From the IMG/VR virus record IMGVR_UViG_3300031418_000005, positions 182,338-246,337 of that record: 64,000 nt of DNA; one strand, given 5' to 3'. The notes under the pieces were generated by a model. That model had not been told where the DNA came from, did no database searches, and was given only the letters and a program-made list of their open reading frames with translations. The translations under genes and the position numbers were made by a program. Positions 9,163 to 19,909 of the stretch are shown piece after piece (within the stretch, counting starts at the first letter, position 1; every line of letters starts with the position of its first letter). The stretch is from a virus.

Positions 9163-10089
9163 ATGGAAAAGTCCGGCGTGGATTTCTTCTCGATTGGCAT
9201 TGTCGCGGAAGATAAAGCCCGTGGTGCTGAACGATGCAAGATAATCCCTATCGAAACGAATTTTGTAAACCCGACTCAGGTACAATCCATTGAGTCGGCG
9301 AATGAGAAACAACACGCATCCGATAACGCGATGGACAACCTGCAAGTCACAACCGGTAATGCGATTACTGCGAAGTGGTGGAAGTTCAACTCTAACCGCG
9401 TCAATCCCCCGGATGTGCAGAAAGAAGATTACGTCATCATCCTGCGTTTGGGTAAGACGGATATCTATTTCTGGATTGACCTGAACATGGCCAACGTCAA
9501 GCGGTTGGAAGATGCCGTGTATGCGTGGGCCGCTGATCCTGAAAACCAGATGGCGGATGATTTGTCAAATGCGTATGTGTTGAACATCTCGAGTATTGAC
9601 AAACACATCACGTTGCGCACCACGATGCTCAACGGTGAGAAAGCCGCATTCCTGTTCCAGTTCGACAATGCGAATGGGACGTGGCAGTGCGTTGACCAGA
9701 AAGGCAACAAGTATTACCTGAACTCGGTAGAAGATGATTTAGGCTTTGAGAACGCCATGCTCTCCAAAGTCAACATCAACAAAGAGGACATGTTCCTGTA
9801 TGCCAAAAAGTCAATTAATCTGGAAACCGAAACCCTGAACGAAAAAGTGTCGAAGCGTATCACCAATGCTTCTGCCTCGATTAAGTTCACCACCAAGGAT
9901 TGGCTCACCACTTCCCCGACTTCGAAATTCGACGGCAACTTCGAAGTATCGCAAGATTTCAAATACGGCGGAAAGGGTGTGGGCGTTGGTACCTTCACGG
10001 TCAGCGAAGCGATTATTGCGAACATCACCTTCACGAAACACGTTCACACCGAACAAGGCGATGGCAAAGACGTCTCCACCCCGCATTAA
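9163..10089 (+). CDS. Baseplate central spike / puncturing protein (gpV/gp138-like)
   Basis: Beta-rich C-terminal half ending FTKHVHTEQGDGKDVSTPH, the HxH metal-binding apex typical of contractile-tail spikes; GAGGAG RBS; ATAGTATG upstream. Confidence 0.75.
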   Translation: MEKSGVDFFSIGIVAEDKARGAERCKIIPIETNFVNPTQVQSIESANEKQHASDNAMDNLQVTTGNAITAKWWKFNSNRVNPPDVQKEDYVIILRLGKTDIYFWIDLNMANVKRLEDAVYAWAADPENQMADDLSNAYVLNISSIDKHITLRTTMLNGEKAAFLFQFDNANGTWQCVDQKGNKYYLNSVEDDLGFENAMLSKVNINKEDMFLYAKKSINLETETLNEKVSKRITNASASIKFTTKDWLTTSPTSKFDGNFEVSQDFKYGGKGVGVGTFTVSEAIIANITFTKHVHTEQGDGKDVSTPH

Positions 10090-10201
10090 TTACAACAGCG
10101 GCCATGAGTATAGCAACATACTCCCTAATGCCTCACTCTCGAGGTCAAACCCTCGTTTGTTAAGCGTTGCCACTTTTTTCAGCAAAAAAAGATGTTGCGA
10201 A

Positions 10202-10239
10202 GAACCCTCTTACCTTCGGGTAGGAGGGTATTCTTTTTT
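10202..10239 (+). terminator. Intrinsic terminator, UUCG loop
   Basis: ACCCTCTTACC-TTCG-GGTAGGAGGGT followed by TTCTTTTTT. Confidence 0.8.
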
Positions 10240-10316
10240 ACATTATGTGCTTGATAGTATGCACAGATGTACCGTAAACAGACATAGGGTCTTTTTACTT
10301 CCACTGCTATGGAGAT

Positions 10317-10532
10317 ATGGAAATGAGCATCAAAGAAATCGCAAGCAACGAAGAAGTTCCTGCGAACTACAAGAAAATCGGTAACGTGACTGCTACCGGT
10401 AGCACCGTTGATGACGTTACAGCTAAGCTGGCTGCAGAAGCAGAGAAAGCAGGCGGTGACGCGTTCAAAGTGATCGGCATCTCTGGTAACAACCAGCAGC
10501 ACGGCAGCGCCATCGTTTACAAAGCAGAGTAA
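10317..10532 (+). CDS. DUF1471 (BhsA/McbA/YdgH-like) domain protein without signal peptide
   Basis: KIGNVTATGSTVDDVTAKLAAEAEKAGGDAFKVIGISGNNQQHGSAIVYK matches the DUF1471 pattern. Confidence 0.75.
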   Translation: MEMSIKEIASNEEVPANYKKIGNVTATGSTVDDVTAKLAAEAEKAGGDAFKVIGISGNNQQHGSAIVYKAE

Positions 10533-10535
10533 GCG

Positions 10536-10589
10536 AAAAAAAGCAGGTCTCCTACTCCCCGAAGGGAGTAGGAGTATCCTTATTTTTTT
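10536..10589. terminator. Bidirectional terminator between convergent genes
   Basis: CTCCTACTCCC-CGAA-GGGAGTAGGAG with an A-run on the left and a T-run on the right. Confidence 0.8.
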
Positions 10590-11842
10590 CGTGCTTTGAA
10601 GCGGTGCATTTCCACGTACACTTTCTGCCAGGCACCTTGCGGGCCTACAATGGCTTGAGCGTCGTTGATTTTGTTCTGGTTCTGCCAACGGGCATTGGTG
10701 AACACGTAGTTCGCCCGGTCGAGCTCAGAGGTGTTAAACACCCACTCGCCTTCTTCCCACGTCGGCCAGAACGCCACCGTCTTCCCAAAACGGTTGACCA
10801 GCATCCCCAGTGGTTTCTTTCCGTCTGGGTCTGTCGGGTCTTTCAGGTAGAAGCGTCCCCAGACCGTGTTGTGATTCACCCCGACTTTCTCCCGTTCGAT
10901 GTACGGGTTGTCGATAGTGAAGACAAAAGACGATTCGTGGTTCAGCAACGCCTTTAACGTTTCCGGGTTACGAATACGCTGCACATTGGTTGCCGTGGTT
11001 AAGTCACCAACTCCAATGGCATCCCAGTCGTAATACTTGCGGGTTTCCAGTACCGTTCTTGCCACGTCGAAGTTAGGCAACGACAGCATAATCGCTTTGT
11101 CACTGAAATACCCCTGTGGTGGCAACCAATGCAAAATCCCCCCGATAACAAACCCAACCGTTTTCCCAGTAATCGAATCCGGTAGCGACAATAACAGCGT
11201 GGAATAATAGTCGCGGGTGGTATCGAGCTTGTTCAGCGTCAAATTCGCAATGGGATAGGTCTTCACGGCCCCGATGTCGTGAAACACAAGGCAACCTATA
11301 TCTGGTGTGCCTGCACGCCGTACGATGTTCCCTGCGCCGTTTAAACGCACACCGACTGCATCGTTTTGATGCGGCACCCACTGACCGTTAATGTTGTACA
11401 GTACCGAGTTACGGTATTTGTCCTTCCATTTATCGTCAGCCAGGATTACCACATCATGCGCGTCATCTAACGAGAAGTCTTGCGTGTAGTGATAGCCCGG
11501 TGGGCACAGATGGGTTTCCACGCCGTCGTCCGCATTAATAGACTGGTAATGCGCATGGACAAACTCCAGCACCGGTAAACCGTCTTTCAGCGTTGGGATA
11601 ACCGTACCGGCTTTGGTGTTCAGCCAGTCTTGCAGCGTATCGCTACGGTTTTGTAAGTCAGCCAAATGGTACTGACTGAAAAAAGTGTAATCTTTGTCGA
11701 GTGCGGTGAGGCCAACTTCAAAGAACTGGTAGGCGCTGCACAAAGTTTTTAAGGGCTGTGTGACATCGATGGCTCCCCAGGTACGGGTGTCTCGAGAGAA
11801 GCCAAAAGCGCTGTCGGCCCGCACTTGATAAGCAGTAGTCAC
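10580..11842 (-). CDS. Putative virion structural protein, 420 aa
   Basis: Long ORF, GTG start, GAGGA RBS; divergent from the tail-fibre operon; function inferred from context only. Confidence 0.6.
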   Translation of the reverse strand: MTTAYQVRADSAFGFSRDTRTWGAIDVTQPLKTLCSAYQFFEVGLTALDKDYTFFSQYHLADLQNRSDTLQDWLNTKAGTVIPTLKDGLPVLEFVHAHYQSINADDGVETHLCPPGYHYTQDFSLDDAHDVVILADDKWKDKYRNSVLYNINGQWVPHQNDAVGVRLNGAGNIVRRAGTPDIGCLVFHDIGAVKTYPIANLTLNKLDTTRDYYSTLLLSLPDSITGKTVGFVIGGILHWLPPQGYFSDKAIMLSLPNFDVARTVLETRKYYDWDAIGVGDLTTATNVQRIRNPETLKALLNHESSFVFTIDNPYIEREKVGVNHNTVWGRFYLKDPTDPDGKKPLGMLVNRFGKTVAFWPTWEEGEWVFNTSELDRANYVFTNARWQNQNKINDAQAIVGPQGAWQKVYVEMHRFKARKK

Positions 11843-11868
11843 AGGCTTATTCCTCTAAAGGTTCAGGT

Positions 11869-11877
11869 CATAGTATG
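11869..11877. promoter_or_regulatory. Back-to-back TATG late-promoter motifs
   Basis: CATAGTATG palindrome between divergent genes 11842(-) and 11909(+). Confidence 0.45.
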
Positions 11878-11908
11878 AACTCGACGCCCTCGATTATAGG
11901 AGTAGAAC

Positions 11909-14900
11909 ATGGCTGTCGTCTTAGACCCACACTTCAAAGAACCGGGGAACAAACAGACCGGTGAAGCGGTGACGTTGATCGGTACGAAGTACAAAATGCT
12001 CGTCCCCGCGTACGCCCCTTTTTACACCACATCCCTGGTGGTCAAGAGCGGCGGCAAAGAATTAACCTTAGGCGATGACTACGTTATCACTCACCCGTAC
12101 ATGACCGCTATGTTGCGCACAGGCTACGTCTCCCACGGGATGATTTGGATAACAAACCCTAAGTATTACAAAGACTTCACCGTAGATTACCACGCTGTGG
12201 GTAACGCTATAGCTACCCAGGCACAGATTACTGCGGAACGTACAGCCAATGCGGATGTGTTCCCAACGACATGCCAGTGGGAGCAAGTCGTCGGTGAGGT
12301 CTATTTCCCGCCGGTAGACATTCAGTTTGACCGTGAGAAATGGAGCGGCGAACTGGAGCTGATGAATGCGATTGTTGCTATCGGCAAGAAAATCAGCCAA
12401 GTCATCAACCTCCCTAACCCGGTCACTAATAACCTGTATCCGGTCACGACGAACGCATTTACCGATCGTCTTGACTACGACAATATGGGGAAATTTACTT
12501 TCAACCAAGAGACCACGGTGGCCCACGGCACACGGGTAACACTTTCTCAGTCACGTTGGGATATTCCGGGGCAAGTGGGCAACTATGTTGCGGAGTTCCT
12601 GTTCGACCTGAAAGGGTATCAGACGTGGACAGGGTTGCCGAATCTGGGTTGGATGGCTTTAAAGAACATCACCAAAGGCGTGGGGGTGCAGGAAGTCTGG
12701 TTTGACTACAGCATGACTGACAAAGCATGGCGTGTGTATTTGCACACCGAGCAAACCACGCAGAAAGACTACAACCTGGTGCTGTTCCCGTTTGCGCTGA
12801 CCAAGTTTGCTCAGCCGTTTACCGTTCGTGTTGAACGCGCCGGTAAACTGGTGACGTTTACCCTAAAACAAAACAACGCTGTTTTGGGTACGTTTACGCT
12901 GGATGTATCGGCCCCGCCAAGCGACGTGCTGACCGTGTTCAATACGTATCAGTTGCAAACGAACTTCCTGAACCCAACCGAAACTCGCCTGAATCTCTCA
13001 GGACGTGTCGGGGATTCGGTGACGTTCAAATCCTTCCCTGGTATTGACCTATCGGTGGATGTGCAAAACGACGTCTACCAGCTAATGGTGAAATACCACA
13101 ACATCGTTCGGAAGCTCTACGATGATGCCCCAGCCCACGCTCACGTTACTCGCAAGGATAACCCGCACGGGGATTCCTGGGGTGCAATCCGGGCGTTAGA
13201 GTTGAACGGGATTGCGTCTGACTCGACGCTTGCTTACGGCAAGACCCAGGCACAGTTGGCAGACTATGTCAATAACCTGTTGCCGAAATTGGCATCGTTG
13301 GCGAACAAGCTTCTTCGTAACGCCGGTACCACACAAACCATTAATGGTACGTTTGGCACCAAACCCGGCTTAACGTCAGTATCGTCTGCTTTAACAGCAA
13401 CCGAAACAGGTGGGGTGGGTGCACAGTTCACGGTAGACCCGAAAGCGATTCGTTTCCTGGGCCGTGACTCGCAAACCATCAATGCCGGGAATAACCCAAT
13501 CACTTTCCAGGGCGGGGCAAACCAACTTATTCTGTATCCAGACTCCCGCGGGTTGCTTTGGAACGGTAAGAAGTTGCTTGACCCAACCACAGTTGCCCCG
13601 TACTTGCCGGGCAACACGGGCGGTGGCGATGGGCTGTTCTACGGTACCCCGACGACCACGATGCAAATCAACGGTAACGGGATTCAGTCTGTGCCGTTTG
13701 TCTGTACCTTTGTACCACCGACGGCGACCGACGTTAACTTGTTAGCGATGCGCTCTCTGGCGACCGACTTCGGTCAAGCCGAAGACCTGGCTGCCACCCC
13801 GGCGCTGATTGCTAAACTGGATGCGGCCTTTACCGGTAAACTGGAAAAGGTAAAAGCATACATCAATGACCTGCCGCTTACAAGCTCGGTGTACATTGAT
13901 AAGCTGACGTTCAATCTGGATAAAGTGGCGAATACCTCAGATGCTGATTTGCAGGTGTCCACGCTCCAGCAAGCGGAACTCGACAAATATGCGGTGGTCG
14001 GTCACACGCACCCTGCAGCCGCCTTTGGGGTGAAAGCCGCCACGGCTACCCAGTTCGGTCTTATCCAATACGGCTTGGCTGTAGACGATGCCGCGTTGGC
14101 GTTGGACGGTTCCGTCGTGATTGACCAGACTACCACTATTACTCAACTCGAGGGAGTGGCAAAGGGTCTGGACTCAGGCGCGGCTATCGATATCATTCGC
14201 TTCGGGGTACCTGGCAATGACCAAATTCAAAACGGTATTCAAACGACCGGTTGGATGGTCACATTGGCTGCTGAAACCTACTTCGTGGGGCAGGAGTACA
14301 ACGTACCGCTTACCACCCTCAACCTCACGGAGCTGTTCCCGAACGCGTATGAAGACACCACGTTTGGCGTTTTCGTCGATATTGTCGGGGAGACAGCGAA
14401 GTATGTTATTCTCGCCAACCCGAACACGGCGGAAACCGACACGATGACGAAAGTCGGCAGCATCGACACCTCGGAAGACGGGATTGATGTGGCTGAGATT
14501 CACAACGTGACCCGCCTGGGCGCTTTCCGTGAACTCGAAGAACACCTCGAGGACGATAATGCCCACATCAAACGTACCCTGACCATGAGTGAATTTGGCT
14601 ACACGGGAGGGTATGGGAAAGGGGGTCCGGTTTGGGCCTCTGGCGTACCGTCAAACGTGCGTGGTGAAGCAGACTGGCGTATGGCGTTGGCTGACCAGTA
14701 TTGGCCTATGTCGAAAATGCAGTACGATGGCCAGAATGCACGTTGGTCGTTTGACCCGGATGGCGTAACGGTAAACGATTACCGCTTTATTCACCACACC
14801 TTCCCACTGCACCGTAACGCAGGGATTCAGCATACCTGGATTCCGACGGATGCTGGCACCGACACACTCCTCGAATCTATCGTGGCAGGGTGGCAGGATG

Positions 14901-15637
14901 AGACCACGTTCTTTAACCGCATCTCTATTCTGTTGTGCCGGGGTTCACGTATTACGGACAGTAATGGGGCGTTCTGTTATGCTGGCCTCGGAATTAATTT
15001 CGGGGCGGGGCGTAACGTGGTGATTGGGTTTACGCCAACGAAGATTGGGGGCTCAGCGTCGACTTGGGCGGCGTTGTCACCGAGTGTGTCCTTTAGCAGC
15101 AATCGGGCTACCGATGGCACGATGACCCTGACCTGTGTGGTGACGTTAGCCGGGCTTATCCACGACGTGGTGATCACCTTAGGGGAAGCCACCAAAAACG
15201 TCGTGTGCACTGCCCGTGCAGCCGGTACTACACAGACTATCGACCTGACCAACCGTATTCGCCCGGACTACATCGACCTTAGTGCGCTGTGGACTGACGC
15301 CACACTCCCAATCCATCACGGATTAGGCGGTCTGTATGGTGCAACCACAACGGCTGCAATAACTTATCCGGCATCCACCACTTATCAGCGTTTCTATAAT
15401 GCAACGCTGCTCGACTATATTGCGAACTTCTCTGTACTGAACCGTGCGCGGTTCCTGGAGTTCAATTACGTCGGGGGGAACAGCTCGCTCTCATCTTTGG
15501 CAATGACCCTTGCTGAGGCAGAGCGCACCCAAGTGGCTGCTGTGAATCCGTTACCGCTGCCCTCGTACGTGAACGAAGACCGAGTGATTGCGTTTTGTCA
15601 AAACAATTTAGCCCGCGCGGTAATCTTCCGCGATTAA
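11909..15637 (+). CDS. Tail fibre-like protein, 1242 aa
   Basis: N-terminal APFY..L..GxDY domain shared with the next three genes; HVTRKDNPH, GHTH and ATATQFGLIQ fibre repeats. Confidence 0.75.
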   Translation: MAVVLDPHFKEPGNKQTGEAVTLIGTKYKMLVPAYAPFYTTSLVVKSGGKELTLGDDYVITHPYMTAMLRTGYVSHGMIWITNPKYYKDFTVDYHAVGNAIATQAQITAERTANADVFPTTCQWEQVVGEVYFPPVDIQFDREKWSGELELMNAIVAIGKKISQVINLPNPVTNNLYPVTTNAFTDRLDYDNMGKFTFNQETTVAHGTRVTLSQSRWDIPGQVGNYVAEFLFDLKGYQTWTGLPNLGWMALKNITKGVGVQEVWFDYSMTDKAWRVYLHTEQTTQKDYNLVLFPFALTKFAQPFTVRVERAGKLVTFTLKQNNAVLGTFTLDVSAPPSDVLTVFNTYQLQTNFLNPTETRLNLSGRVGDSVTFKSFPGIDLSVDVQNDVYQLMVKYHNIVRKLYDDAPAHAHVTRKDNPHGDSWGAIRALELNGIASDSTLAYGKTQAQLADYVNNLLPKLASLANKLLRNAGTTQTINGTFGTKPGLTSVSSALTATETGGVGAQFTVDPKAIRFLGRDSQTINAGNNPITFQGGANQLILYPDSRGLLWNGKKLLDPTTVAPYLPGNTGGGDGLFYGTPTTTMQINGNGIQSVPFVCTFVPPTATDVNLLAMRSLATDFGQAEDLAATPALIAKLDAAFTGKLEKVKAYINDLPLTSSVYIDKLTFNLDKVANTSDADLQVSTLQQAELDKYAVVGHTHPAAAFGVKAATATQFGLIQYGLAVDDAALALDGSVVIDQTTTITQLEGVAKGLDSGAAIDIIRFGVPGNDQIQNGIQTTGWMVTLAAETYFVGQEYNVPLTTLNLTELFPNAYEDTTFGVFVDIVGETAKYVILANPNTAETDTMTKVGSIDTSEDGIDVAEIHNVTRLGAFRELEEHLEDDNAHIKRTLTMSEFGYTGGYGKGGPVWASGVPSNVRGEADWRMALADQYWPMSKMQYDGQNARWSFDPDGVTVNDYRFIHHTFPLHRNAGIQHTWIPTDAGTDTLLESIVAGWQDETTFFNRISILLCRGSRITDSNGAFCYAGLGINFGAGRNVVIGFTPTKIGGSASTWAALSPSVSFSSNRATDGTMTLTCVVTLAGLIHDVVITLGEATKNVVCTARAAGTTQTIDLTNRIRPDYIDLSALWTDATLPIHHGLGGLYGATTTAAITYPASTTYQRFYNATLLDYIANFSVLNRARFLEFNYVGGNSSLSSLAMTLAEAERTQVAAVNPLPLPSYVNEDRVIAFCQNNLARAVIFRD

Positions 15638-15649
15638 GGAGAACTCTGA

Positions 15650-18600
15650 ATGAAAACGTATCCTTACGATCCTCGGGGCACCAGTACCGAGAATCGCTTC
15701 ACTGAGGAACGTGTCATCGAGTCCGACAACAGTAACGATCGGGTCGTGGTCTTAGACCATGCCCCGTTCTTCGACGGTCTGGTCGTACAACAGCCTGGCA
15801 GTTCTACACCGCTGACCCGCGGTACGGACTACGAGCTGGAATACGCCCTGACCGCGTTGGATGACTCGGTAGCGGCCCCAGTGTTTTGCGGGGTGCACCT
15901 GATTAACCCTGACATCAAAGGACTGGTGACATTTACAGGGCAAATGCTCGGGGGTACGTTCTACGATGGGTTCGTTGAGATTCTTGATGAACTGGTTAAG
16001 TACATCAACAACCCGACCAGTGCAGATTTCTTGCAGTTAGACCATCGTCCGTCGTTGTACCCGCCAACACCTGCGGCCACCTCTTGGGCAGATATGCTCA
16101 ACAAGAAGTTTCTGGCGTCGGCGGTACATGATGTGGAACTCGATGCCGGTGCCGCGAACGATTTGATTCGTGAGAAGCTCGCTGCATTGAAACTCGAAGT
16201 GGAAGCCATGGCTGCGGATATCGCAGCCTTTAACTTCCCTGGCCACGTTAATGCCACTAACCCGCACCAGACTACCGTTGCGCAGAATGGGGCACATCCG
16301 GTTAACCTGAAAACGCCAGATACCTTCCTGGCATACGGAAAGACGTTGCGTACCCTGACGGCAGAAATTCGTGCGTTGGGATTGCAGCAAGCCGATATCG
16401 ACAAGTACATCTCGAAATGGGTATCGAAAGATGCCAAAGGGGTATTTAACGCGACTATCTCCGGCACACGGGCATTGTTCCGTTCCCCTGCCGGAGAATC
16501 GGAAATCGTGTTCTCAACCGATGCGTTCACGTTAAAGTCTAACGGCTCGATTGTGTTGGCGGCAGGGTATGTGAGCGGGGATTCCACCACACGCTTTATG
16601 GAGTGGAAGGCGGGAACCAACACGCTGCGTATCGAGTCTACAGGTTCTGCGTTGGGGATGGACAAACTGACCCTGAATGGAGTGACGTTACTGACCACCA
16701 CAGCATTGCGTGAGTACCAGCAAGACCCTGGCGATAACGGTTCTGGTAGCGACCCGGACGACACCAAGATTTATATCGAAGGTCGTAACGGTGTGACCTT
16801 TACTGGCAAAGGCTCCAAGGCTGACCCAATCAGTGGCACAGTTACACCTGCTTCGGCAACCACCACTGTCAAAGGTGTGGCGAAGTTGAAGAAAGGGCCA
16901 GGTACGGAAACCAGCGGTGTTGCTTCTACGCCGGATTCGTTAACCGGATATGAAGCGGATATGGGCGGTTACGTGTTAAAGTCCACGTTGCTGAACAACA
17001 AAGCCATGGATGACGGTAGCCGTACACTGACCAAAACAGACCTGGGTCTTGGGAACGCGTCAAACATCGCCGACATCGATAAGCCGTTGTCCGATGACCT
17101 GTCCGAAGCACTAACGGAGCTGAGTCCGTCTGGTCACCACCATGACTGGTCTGAGTTGAATATCTACGAAGCGTCGCAACAGGTGCAGGGGATTGGACGT
17201 TATTCCAAAAACCAGGCAGGGTTAGCGACAGGTCGTGGTGTAACGCCGTCTGTGTTGAAAGCATTAAGTGATCGTCTGGAAGTGGTCGCGGCAGCGTTGG
17301 CCAATGCCAAGTCAGGTACTGTCACCGACTTTACTGCGGTGAAAGCCTCGACCTGGACGTTGAATACCTACCGCTTATCGGTGACGGATTTGCGTTACTT
17401 CTACCTGGATGCGGGTACCCGTAAAGAGGGTGTGGTATCCGGGACGATTGACTTGCAAACCACGCCGATGTTCAACTGGTTCTCGCCTGACAACCAGATG
17501 GAGGAGACCTGGCCAAACGCGGTTATCAACACCGGGGCAGGACTATCCTTTACTGGCCTCACCGAACAACCACCGTTCCCGATTCAAGGGAAACAGATCG
17601 GTAAGACGCTAAACGGTATGGGTGATTTGTCGGTCGTGTCTGTGCTGGCGAAGTTGCGTCTGAAAACCGCAACCGGGGCGTTCAAGATTTACGTGGCGGG
17701 TGGCGGGAAAATCACCGTGTACTTAAACGGTGAGCAAGTGGCAACGGGTGCGTCTCCGCTGTATGTAGTGGCAGAACCACCGTTGGGTGTGGATGAGCAC
17801 TGTATCGCGATTAAGGCTGAGTGTAACGACACAGCCAAAGCCGCTGCACTACAATTCGACATCTACGACGACTTGTATCCTTTATACTTCTCCGGTACCC
17901 AGACCAAACTGGAATACTTGCAGGAGTTCGTCACGAAGCCAGGGGGTCTGCGTCATTACCTGTACGTGAACATGCTGACGACGTCGTTGTATTCGCGCGC
18001 AGAGCCTATCCTGTCGCAAGACCTGGATATTGAACGTGGCTTTATTGGCTACATCGATTTACCAGCCTCCCCAGGCAGTCAGTCGACCGTGTCGTTCGAT
18101 ACGATGTTTGACTTTGGGCCATCGGAAGAGGTAAAGGCACACATTGGGGTGAAACATGCCCACAGTGTGAAAGCGAGTGACTGGGCGTTCTCGGATAACC
18201 CACGCTTTAAGATGCTGGCGAAGGTGCAACCCGAACCGTTTACTTACGGCATGGTGAAGCACTACAGTAGCAACAACCTCGGTAACCTGTTCTACGGCAC
18301 GCGTGGGATGATTGACTGGTACCATACCGGGAACAACAAGTCAGATATCCTGGCCTGGTTCTCGAATGAAAACAGTCACCCGATGTGTTGGTTCACCCCG
18401 TTTAACCCGAAAGAAGGCAATGCGCCAACGTTCGAAGGCGGGATGATTATCGACATTGAGAACACTGCGGCGGCTGTGGCTCATGCGGAAGAACCGAGTT
18501 TGGTGCTTCTCAGTGCCCGAAACAACATACCGGGTTGTAACAAGACGTTGCGTATCTCACTCAGCGATTTCAAATGCTATTACGGGATACTTTCCCGGAC

Positions 18601-19819
18601 ACAGCAGGTGACCAATGACGCGGTGAGCACGTCAGGTATTCCGATGGTGGACGAGTTTGAAATCACCCGCGGAATTACTCTGACGATGTTATCGAATACC
18701 TGGATTCCGACGGGGGATTGTCTCGATTATGTTGACCTGGGAGTGAATGCGCCCTTTACTGGCACGTTCTCTCCACGTTGGGCGGTACGTTATCGCTATA
18801 ACGTTAACACCGAGGTTCTGCGGTTGTCTGTGTTGTGTGGACAGCCGGGCATGGTCGCGGTGCGGGAACAACAGGTCGAGCTTAAGTTGCCCATCGACCT
18901 TCTTTCCTACTTTATTGGGGAAGGGATTGGTGTTCGACTTAACAGCCTGGCCAAAAGTGAACGTCTGCGAGTGGGTCCGGCGTTAATGAACCCGAACGTG
19001 GCAGCGTTGAATCTGGATAAATACCAGTATCTGCGCTCGCTGTTTGAGGCGTACGTTGACAGCAACCTGGAACGTCGTATTGACAGTAGTCGTGACATGG
19101 AATACGGTCTCAAGACTGTTGACCCTGTTACGTACGGCGAACCAGTGAACTGGGAACTGACAGAGTGGGTGAGTGTGCCCTGTGGCCAAGGTAATGCTGA
19201 GCTGTCACATCGTGGACAATTGGGCTTACCGTTCCACTCGTCGCGTGCGGTGCGTGGTTCGTTGTTGTTCCCGTCAAACAAACTGCCCAACAACTGGACA
19301 GTGGCCAAAGCGGCTGCAGCGGGCGTTGCCCCAATGCGATTCCGCGACCCTATCTTGCTGTGCTGGTATCCGGATAAAGCAACAGCGAAAGCCATTGCAT
19401 CGATGGACGGTACGTTGAAAGGGCCACACATGGCCGGGGGTGTTATTCTCGGTTCACGTATCCCTGACCCCGGCAGCGCTAATAGCTGGGTGGCGCTGGC
19501 GTCGGATCAGCGTGTCGCGTTAACTGCAACAAACCTTGCCGCAGGACAAGCGGTGTATCTGTGGTTTAAACCTGCAGATACGGCGAGCGGAGAAGCGCTA
19601 AACTTCTCTTTAAGCCTGCCGTTGAAAGACAGCAGTGGTACCGTTATCACAACGTTAACGGAAGACTCTGCGTGGGAGATTCGCTCCGCCAGCCCGCAAT
19701 TTGTGGCGGAGAAGCGTAACCCCTTCCACCTCACCTCTACAGCCTGGCTGTGGGTGTTGTCTGAGCTGAAGCGTGAGCAGGCTGCCGATGGCAACAAACT
19801 AGGTGAGTGGTCCTCTTAG
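15650..19819 (+). CDS. Tail fibre-like protein, 1389 aa
   Basis: Same N-domain; HVNATNPH, ATTTVKGVAKL, LTKTDLGLGN..DKP and GHHHDW fibre motifs. Confidence 0.75.
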   Translation: MKTYPYDPRGTSTENRFTEERVIESDNSNDRVVVLDHAPFFDGLVVQQPGSSTPLTRGTDYELEYALTALDDSVAAPVFCGVHLINPDIKGLVTFTGQMLGGTFYDGFVEILDELVKYINNPTSADFLQLDHRPSLYPPTPAATSWADMLNKKFLASAVHDVELDAGAANDLIREKLAALKLEVEAMAADIAAFNFPGHVNATNPHQTTVAQNGAHPVNLKTPDTFLAYGKTLRTLTAEIRALGLQQADIDKYISKWVSKDAKGVFNATISGTRALFRSPAGESEIVFSTDAFTLKSNGSIVLAAGYVSGDSTTRFMEWKAGTNTLRIESTGSALGMDKLTLNGVTLLTTTALREYQQDPGDNGSGSDPDDTKIYIEGRNGVTFTGKGSKADPISGTVTPASATTTVKGVAKLKKGPGTETSGVASTPDSLTGYEADMGGYVLKSTLLNNKAMDDGSRTLTKTDLGLGNASNIADIDKPLSDDLSEALTELSPSGHHHDWSELNIYEASQQVQGIGRYSKNQAGLATGRGVTPSVLKALSDRLEVVAAALANAKSGTVTDFTAVKASTWTLNTYRLSVTDLRYFYLDAGTRKEGVVSGTIDLQTTPMFNWFSPDNQMEETWPNAVINTGAGLSFTGLTEQPPFPIQGKQIGKTLNGMGDLSVVSVLAKLRLKTATGAFKIYVAGGGKITVYLNGEQVATGASPLYVVAEPPLGVDEHCIAIKAECNDTAKAAALQFDIYDDLYPLYFSGTQTKLEYLQEFVTKPGGLRHYLYVNMLTTSLYSRAEPILSQDLDIERGFIGYIDLPASPGSQSTVSFDTMFDFGPSEEVKAHIGVKHAHSVKASDWAFSDNPRFKMLAKVQPEPFTYGMVKHYSSNNLGNLFYGTRGMIDWYHTGNNKSDILAWFSNENSHPMCWFTPFNPKEGNAPTFEGGMIIDIENTAAAVAHAEEPSLVLLSARNNIPGCNKTLRISLSDFKCYYGILSRTQQVTNDAVSTSGIPMVDEFEITRGITLTMLSNTWIPTGDCLDYVDLGVNAPFTGTFSPRWAVRYRYNVNTEVLRLSVLCGQPGMVAVREQQVELKLPIDLLSYFIGEGIGVRLNSLAKSERLRVGPALMNPNVAALNLDKYQYLRSLFEAYVDSNLERRIDSSRDMEYGLKTVDPVTYGEPVNWELTEWVSVPCGQGNAELSHRGQLGLPFHSSRAVRGSLLFPSNKLPNNWTVAKAAAAGVAPMRFRDPILLCWYPDKATAKAIASMDGTLKGPHMAGGVILGSRIPDPGSANSWVALASDQRVALTATNLAAGQAVYLWFKPADTASGEALNFSLSLPLKDSSGTVITTLTEDSAWEIRSASPQFVAEKRNPFHLTSTAWLWVLSELKREQAADGNKLGEWSS

Positions 19820-19855
19820 GACGGAACGTCTGCGGACGTCACCCGTCCGTAGGTA

Positions 19856-19890
19856 ACCCCACCCTTCGGGGTGGGGTATCCGTTTTATTT
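19856..19890 (+). terminator. Intrinsic terminator, UUCG loop
   Basis: ACCCCACCC-TTCG-GGGTGGGGT followed by a T-rich tail. Confidence 0.7.
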
Positions 19891-19909
19891 CAAAGTAGGA
19901 GTCTTTGCA

